Source of the DNA: Patescibacteria group bacterium
GTDB lineage: Bacteria > Patescibacteriota > Patescibacteriia > UBA9934
Assembly: GCA_041666145.1 (NCBI GenBank)
Contig: JBAYHK010000001.1
Coordinates: forward strand, 67,810 to 131,809
Reading direction: 5' to 3'
Length of the DNA stretch: 64,000 nucleotides
In this document: positions 58,714 to 64,000 of the stretch, one piece after another
Layout: every line of letters begins with the position of its first letter
Numbering within the stretch: position 1 is the first letter of the stretch
Notes under the pieces: model-generated
The model's database searches: none
Seen by the model: only the letters and a program-made list of their open reading frames with translations
What the model was told of the DNA's origin: nothing
Made by a program: the position numbers and the translations under genes

Positions 58714-58804
58714 TGGCGGAGAGGGAGGGATTCGAACCCTCGATACCCTTTCGGATATACATGATTTCGAGTCATGCGCGTTCGACCAGCTCTGCCACCT
58801 CTCC
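58714..58804 (-). tRNA. tRNA-Ser(CGA)
   Basis: GGAGAGGTGGCAGAG...CATGACTCGAAATCATG...long variable arm...TTCGAATCCCTCCCTCTCCGCCA. Confidence 0.95.
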
Positions 58805-58887
58805 AGGTGCTGGTAACGGCAGTAGGATATAGGTTTTTTTCAGGAGAATCAAGGCGGTGGCCGGGGCGCAATGTATACTCGAGACAT

Positions 58888-59361
58888 ATGAAAACATCTC
58901 AAAAAATTCTTCCGTATCTCCTTGGCGTTGTGCTGTGTCAGGCGGCTGGAATCTTCGGTTCGTTTTTTACAATTTCAGAGATTCCAACTTGGTATGCGGC
59001 ACTAAATCAGCCAACGTGGCAGCCGCCGAGTTGGTTGTTTGGTCCAGTTTGGACCTTCCTTTATATATGCATGGGCATCGCTGGCGCTCGGATTTGGATG
59101 AAAACAAAGAGCGGCGACATGCTTCGGAGAATTTTCATTGGGCAGCTTTTCTTGAATGCGCTTTGGACTCCAGTCTTCTTTTTCGCGCACAACGTCGTTG
59201 GAGCCCTGGTGATCATCGTCGCGCTCGATATCTGTGTCGGGATTTTGACCTGGAAGCTTCGTTCCGTTGATAGAACCGCGACGATCCTTCTGCTCCCGTA
59301 TCTCGCCTGGATCCTCTTTGCAACTGCGCTGAATACTGCAATACTGATTTTGAATCCTTAA
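58888..59361 (+). CDS. tspO: TspO/MBR tryptophan-rich sensory protein
   Basis: WYAALNQPTWQPPSWLFGPVWTFLY, LNALWTPVFF and PYLAWILFATALN. Confidence 0.95.
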   Translation: MKTSQKILPYLLGVVLCQAAGIFGSFFTISEIPTWYAALNQPTWQPPSWLFGPVWTFLYICMGIAGARIWMKTKSGDMLRRIFIGQLFLNALWTPVFFFAHNVVGALVIIVALDICVGILTWKLRSVDRTATILLLPYLAWILFATALNTAILILNP

Positions 59362-59373
59362 AACACTGCCGTT

Positions 59374-60189
59374 ATGCAGTACAAGCACGCAACGCTCCTC
59401 CTCTTCATTGTCTTTATTGGCACCGGTATTTTGACGGTTGCCGTTTTTGAGCGTCGTTCTGCGCTTGAAGAGATGGAAGAGCTTGCGGCAATCCAGCTTG
59501 ATGAAACGGCTGCTGGAGACGGTTTGCCTATAACGTATCAATCCTTGGATATCGACTTTAATGGAGACGGAACGAGTGAAAAGGTTGTTCTCACGATTGT
59601 GGAAGATGATATAAACGGGAATGTTGTGACGTTGTCTGTGAACGAATCGAGTGTAGAGGTGGACGGAAATAATTCGCAGGGATATTTCAGTCTTGTTGAC
59701 TTGAACGCTACGGATTCATGGAAGGAGATCGCGATTTCAGATCTTGGTCCAAGCTCCGATTTCAGCACAGAGTTCTACCGGTTCGATGGCTCGAAGTTAG
59801 TAAAGATCGGATCGACTCAGGGGTTGTTTGAAGACATGGTGTTTGATGGAGCGGGGAAGTTAACGACGACCACTCGAGGATCAATTCTTGATACCTGGTT
59901 CTTTGCCGATGATTACATGCTGATTGATGGAGAATTACAGCATGTCGATAAAGACTTTTATCCGCGACTTGATGACATGAAGGTGACGATGTCGTCGGTA
60001 ATGGATTTCCAGATATCGCCAGCAGACCCGTTGATTGCATTTTCTACAGTCGCTAATGACGTCATCACCATTGTTGGTTGCGATAATATCGAGTGGTGTA
60101 AGGCAAAAAATACGTCGAATGTTGAAGGATGGTTTTCGGTAAAGACCACAGATCTCTCTGTGTTCGAAGGACTATCAACCGCGGATTAA
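59374..60189 (+). CDS. Membrane-anchored acidic hypothetical protein with SH3-like C-terminus
   Basis: N-terminal TM; DFNGDG motif; WCKAKN...EGW. Confidence 0.7.
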   Translation: MQYKHATLLLFIVFIGTGILTVAVFERRSALEEMEELAAIQLDETAAGDGLPITYQSLDIDFNGDGTSEKVVLTIVEDDINGNVVTLSVNESSVEVDGNNSQGYFSLVDLNATDSWKEIAISDLGPSSDFSTEFYRFDGSKLVKIGSTQGLFEDMVFDGAGKLTTTTRGSILDTWFFADDYMLIDGELQHVDKDFYPRLDDMKVTMSSVMDFQISPADPLIAFSTVANDVITIVGCDNIEWCKAKNTSNVEGWFSVKTTDLSVFEGLSTAD

Positions 60190-60239
60190 GTAATTGATTA
60201 CGATGAAAAATACAGCTCTACATTTGAGCTGTATTTTTT

Positions 60240-60278
60240 GTCATTGCGAGGACGGTAATCCAGACGAAGCAATCTTGG
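60240..60278. repeat. Palindromic repeat, copy 3 (left arm only)
   Basis: GTCATTGCGAGGACGGTAATCCAGACGAAGCAATCTTGG abutting the stop of 60279-60935. Confidence 0.7.
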
Positions 60279-60935
60279 TTACAACGTTGGACTGTCTTGT
60301 TTCAGTGTTTCTTTGTTGACTTCTTTTGCTTGCCAGAGGACTTGAGTGATCGTATGGCCAAGATGCGTGACTCCCATATCGTAATTACTAGGGTTACGAG
60401 GATTGGTAATGGGCTTGATTCTTCCATACTCTTCGGATCCGATGTATTTCGCGGTAGTACTATCGAAATTAAAGACGGGGCTGACGTTTCTTACGGATGG
60501 AAAGCCGTATTCAAATGGAACTGATCCCTGTTTTAATTCAGCGGTGTGTATTTCACACGAATCTTCTCCTGTTGTTAGCGCAAAACCAGGGTATTCCATA
60601 AGCCCCTTTAATTTTTTTACCGCAAGAGGATCAACGAAGAAAATGTGGTTTGCGATCGGTTGCAATTTATACGTATTGTCATCCTCATCATCCATTCCCG
60701 GAAACTTTGGCTGGAATCGCAAGCATGACCCGTCATGAAGAACAAAATAATGTGATCCATTTTCTGTTCGGAATATAGAAGAAAAGCGTTCTTTTTCTTT
60801 AAGCAGCTGCTCAAGAAGCTTGTCGACTCCCTTTTCGTCATAGTCGGATTCGCAGATTTTTTCTTTGAGCCCTTCTCTACTTATTGGAGATAGCTTCGGT
60901 TTTTCTGCGGTGAATTTTTCAAATGAATTCGACAT
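60279..60935 (-). CDS. Hypothetical protein
   Basis: 218-aa ORF. Confidence 0.7.
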   Translation of the reverse strand: MSNSFEKFTAEKPKLSPISREGLKEKICESDYDEKGVDKLLEQLLKEKERFSSIFRTENGSHYFVLHDGSCLRFQPKFPGMDDEDDNTYKLQPIANHIFFVDPLAVKKLKGLMEYPGFALTTGEDSCEIHTAELKQGSVPFEYGFPSVRNVSPVFNFDSTTAKYIGSEEYGRIKPITNPRNPSNYDMGVTHLGHTITQVLWQAKEVNKETLKQDSPTL

Positions 60936-60998
60936 ATATTTGTTTCATTGTAACAAAACAACCCCGTAGGAGAGGTTGTTTTGTGGAACGGTCGAGTG

Positions 60999-61277
60999 TT
61001 ATTTCTTATGCGCCTCTTTATGTGCCAAGTTCCAGAGTTCTCCAATGACGTATCCCACGATGTAACCAATGATTCCTGTTACAAGAATGAGGAGGATTGC
61101 ATTGCCGAGTGCGAACGGAAGAATGGAATAGTCCATGGCCATGAAATGCAGACCAAGAATCCAGTCCATGAATGGCTGAGCGACTTTTCCAAGAACCATG
61201 AGCGCCCACATTGCGTGCAAAATAGCGAACGTTCCTCCACACACTAATCCCACTTTATGCGAATGAACTTTGTTCAT
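60999..61277 (-). CDS. Small membrane protein
   Basis: KVGLVCGGTFAILHAMWALMV...DWILGLHF; start MNKVHS. Confidence 0.7.
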   Translation of the reverse strand: MNKVHSHKVGLVCGGTFAILHAMWALMVLGKVAQPFMDWILGLHFMAMDYSILPFALGNAILLILVTGIIGYIVGYVIGELWNLAHKEAHKK

Positions 61278-61346
61278 AGCAATAAAATAAACGTGACTCA
61301 TGAGTGAAGTATATAGCAGGGATGGTGGCTGAGAGCGCGTCAAATA

Positions 61347-61922
61347 TTAGTCGATAATATATTTTCTTACGAAGACAGGTTTGCTCTGCGCGAGTGCCTT
61401 ATCGATCGTGTCTTGAGTGCCTTTGCTTTCATTAACCTGAAACCCGAGAAGTGCGTCTGCGGCTTCGATGACTTTTGTATTTCGTTCGAAATATGTCGTT
61501 GGATCTACGGAGGTATTTAGCGCATTCTCGATGATCGCTGATGGATTGCGTTTCTTCACTTCTTCAAGTTGTTTGATCAACGTTTCGGCCTGATCTTGAG
61601 TAATTACTCCTTCTTCTGCACGCTTTCGATAATGAGTTGCATATCGTTCTAATGTAACAGGAAGAAAGATTTTAATGTGTTCAGCTGTCGGGTCGAGTAG
61701 TAATGCTTCGTCGGTAGCAAAGAAGTCGACAGATAGTGCTCCGCCGGAAACTATTCCGCCGTTGTGAAGATAGATTTCACGAACCGATTCTCTGACGTCG
61801 TGTTCGATCTCTTCATTCGTTTTTGCCCAGGTTCCAGCAATACCGAACCACAAAGTCGATTTTTCTGATTTTCTCTCAAGCTCAGCGAAGAGCTCATTTA
61901 GAGATCGAATTTCTTTTTGCAT
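61347..61922 (-). CDS. SLOG/DprA-like Rossmann-fold protein
   Basis: GIVSGGALSVD, FERNTKVIEAAD and SKGTQDTI..A....KPV motifs. Confidence 0.75.
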   Translation of the reverse strand: MQKEIRSLNELFAELERKSEKSTLWFGIAGTWAKTNEEIEHDVRESVREIYLHNGGIVSGGALSVDFFATDEALLLDPTAEHIKIFLPVTLERYATHYRKRAEEGVITQDQAETLIKQLEEVKKRNPSAIIENALNTSVDPTTYFERNTKVIEAADALLGFQVNESKGTQDTIDKALAQSKPVFVRKYIID

Positions 61923-62069
61923 AGGATGAAATTTTATTAGTCTGATCGGCGTCACTCTTGAGAATATACGCCGTGTACATATATTTTGTCATGATAACAA
62001 AACACCCCCTTTCGGAGGCTATGAACTTGTTCCTCTTCGCTCCTCGCTTGCGCTCAGAGCTCCGGGGGA

Positions 62070-62154
62070 TGGCGGTGTCAGCGGGTTTGGCACTGGATTT
62101 ACGAAGGTCTTTGAAGGAGTTTTCGACGGCTTCTCTTTGAATGATTTTGAGGCA
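62070..62154. repeat. 85-bp tRNA-Ser-mimicking element, copy 2
   Basis: Same boxes and spacing as copy 1; preceded by a near-copy of the tRNA-Ser 3' trailer (GCGCTCAGAGCTCCGGGGGA). Confidence 0.75.
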
Positions 62155-62215
62155 TGTGGGTCGGAGGATGTTGCGACATCGTCGTGGTACGATTTATAAA
62201 ATTATTGTGGTGTTT

Positions 62216-63211
62216 ATGAAAATTGGAGAATTTGGTAGCGAATCAAAAGACGGAGGAATGGCGGAAGCTGAACGATGTGAATTTCGCGTCTGGGAGAGTT
62301 TACGTACAGAATCCGCGCGACGCGAATATGAGGCGCTAACGGAAGAAGAGAGGGCGTATATTAACGGAGCATCGGACGTACTCGCGAATCATGCTCTGGA
62401 CATTACTTTTTTCAGTAAGCCTATTGGCGGGTATGTAGATCCAAGAGTATCGAAAACCCCACCCGAATATAACTGGTCGATTAATTTAGGAGACGGGGGG
62501 CATGATCGGAGCATTGTTGATGCCGTAAAATTGTATCGAAAACGAGAGCAAACTCTTGATCCAACCCTGAGAGATCTTCTTGGCAGCAAGCTGCGTTGCA
62601 ACACAGTCTTTATTCTTGGACTTCCCACTTTGACAGATTTTGGACGTTCGGAAGATGATCCACGTTACCAGTCATATAAAGCGTCTTCAAAAGATGAGGC
62701 AATCGTATTGGCAAAGTTGGCTGCTCCGCCTGGATCGCTTGCAAATATTCAAGAGGAAACACGTGGTGTATTCGCTGATTTTTCCTTGCGTGTAAGATAT
62801 CCTGTCGAAGTGCAGAATATTTTTCTCAGTAAAGAGAATGCGTACTTACTCCATTTTGTTCTCCAGCACGCTGCCATGAAATTTGATCCGGCATACACGG
62901 TATATTTTGACGGATCCTTATCGGGAGAAAAGATGTTCGGAGCGGAAAAAGAAGGTCCCACGATCGTTGTTGTAGATGAAATCAAAATGAAAGTTCTCTC
63001 AGGCGAGGAGCGGAAACCGGCAAAAAGGAATGGATCACGTACCGTGGGAGAGATGTATGAACATATTGCACCGATGGTATCAAGCGGAAGGGCACAGAGC
63101 TTTGCTCCTTGGGTTTGGCAAACGAATAGAGGAAAATTCGACTCCGCTGCACGAGAACGGGCGAACGAATATCCTCGTCCTCCAATCGGTCCGGCAGACA
63201 CAAAAAAGTAG
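62216..63211 (+). CDS. Hypothetical protein
   Basis: Long ORF; likely start MKIGEF. Confidence 0.7.
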   Translation: MKIGEFGSESKDGGMAEAERCEFRVWESLRTESARREYEALTEEERAYINGASDVLANHALDITFFSKPIGGYVDPRVSKTPPEYNWSINLGDGGHDRSIVDAVKLYRKREQTLDPTLRDLLGSKLRCNTVFILGLPTLTDFGRSEDDPRYQSYKASSKDEAIVLAKLAAPPGSLANIQEETRGVFADFSLRVRYPVEVQNIFLSKENAYLLHFVLQHAAMKFDPAYTVYFDGSLSGEKMFGAEKEGPTIVVVDEIKMKVLSGEERKPAKRNGSRTVGEMYEHIAPMVSSGRAQSFAPWVWQTNRGKFDSAARERANEYPRPPIGPADTKK

Positions 63212-63374
63212 AGCGCGTGAGCATCAATGATTTCGTGCGAAACTTATCGGAAGATGAGCGTCCAGGTGTACACAAAGCAAAACAACCCCGAAAAGGGTTG
63301 TTTTGTAATCGACAAGGCCCTATTGGTCGCGCCGTGTGCTTGAGGTACTCGGGTTGTCCGATAAGACGTTCTCG

Positions 63375-63459
63375 TGGCGGTGTCTGTGGGTTTAGTACCA
63401 AAATTATACCGAACCTTGAATAGGTTTTTGAAGATTCTCACTTTGGCGATTTTTAGGCA
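63375..63459. repeat. 85-bp tRNA-Ser-mimicking element, copy 3
   Basis: TGGCGGTGTCTGTGGGTTTAGTACC...TTTTTGA...GATTTTTAGGCA. Confidence 0.72.
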
Positions 63460-63488
63460 GACGGGTTTGTGACATTGGTATGACATTC

Positions 63489-63965
63489 TCAACCAGTCGT
63501 GGAATTCTTTTTAACGCCCGAAATGAAATAGTCTTCCAATTTTTTTTTGAAGCTTCCAAAATCTATCTCTTCGCTAAGAGGGAATCTTAGAAGCTCAATT
63601 CTGGAACCGGCCTCTTCGGCCTCTATGACAATCTCGCTACCGCTTGTATAGGCAGTAAACCTTGGATAAAACTCCAAATAACCAAGAGCGTTAAAGAGCC
63701 CGAGCCCATTTGTGTACTTTCGATTTTTTGTATCGATGCCATAGCCGCCTTGTTTAGTAGAGAAGGTGACTGGTTTTAACAAAGCTACAACTTGAGCAAG
63801 AACCTCTTTGATAGCCGCGTCTATCTTTTCAAATAACGCGATTAGGTCTTGCAAATATTTATAATCGTGGCGTTGTTGAATTTGGATTTTTAAATCCCCC
63901 AGTTTTTCACCCGCATCCATATTCTCTTTTGGTGTTTTGGCTGTCGCAACATTCGCCAGCTCCAT
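63489..63965 (-). CDS. Hypothetical protein
   Basis: 158-aa ORF; may start further upstream near the window edge. Confidence 0.6.
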   Translation of the reverse strand: MELANVATAKTPKENMDAGEKLGDLKIQIQQRHDYKYLQDLIALFEKIDAAIKEVLAQVVALLKPVTFSTKQGGYGIDTKNRKYTNGLGLFNALGYLEFYPRFTAYTSGSEIVIEAEEAGSRIELLRFPLSEEIDFGSFKKKLEDYFISGVKKNSTTG

Positions 63966-64000
63966 TTTTAATGACTCAATGGTCTGCCACCTGTCATTTA

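Noticed and set aside
61320-61346. Possible fourth tRNA-mimic element (GGGATGGTGGC)
   Set aside because: Only the first few bases resemble the motif; the downstream boxes are absent.
57910-63459. Functional tRNA genes at the 85-bp elements
   Set aside because: No TTCRA T-loop, and the acceptor and anticodon stems do not pair consistently.
1-64000. Alternative genetic code (UGA=Gly) or a diversity-generating retroelement
   Set aside because: Core genes are full length under code 11, several ending in TGA. No reverse transcriptase or adenine-specific TR/VR pair was seen.

Overview
Origin-containing chromosomal window of a bacterium using the standard genetic code. It is most likely a Patescibacteria/CPR (Parcubacteria-like) genome; this is inferred from gene content and style, not proven. 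The housekeeping backbone comprises rmuC, rpsT, holA, polA, a XerC/D-type recombinase, rpsO-NYN-pnp, dksA/traR, lspA, comM, tig, nfo, yidD-rnpA-rpmH, dnaA-oriC-dnaN and a class A PBP, plus six tRNAs and a four-copy parS cluster about 26 kb from oriC. Accessory blocks are a surface-protein operon (1-8.8 kb), a Phd/PemK TA pair, an Fe-S/redox operon (47-52 kb) and a cargo-rich region around tRNA-Ser (55-64 kb). Four unexplained structures stand out. (1) A tandem array at 28.9-30.7 kb of self-contained cassettes: promoter, 5' leader with a covarying pseudoknot next to the SD, divergent small 2-TM protein, terminator. (2) Three gap-free 85-bp tRNA-Ser-mimicking elements that bound single-gene cargo units with no dedicated integrase. 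(3) A ~320-nt highly structured intergenic RNA candidate upstream of dksA/traR. (4) A beta-barrel-like secreted protein in a presumed monoderm. All calls come from reading the sequence by eye; no searches or folding programs were run.
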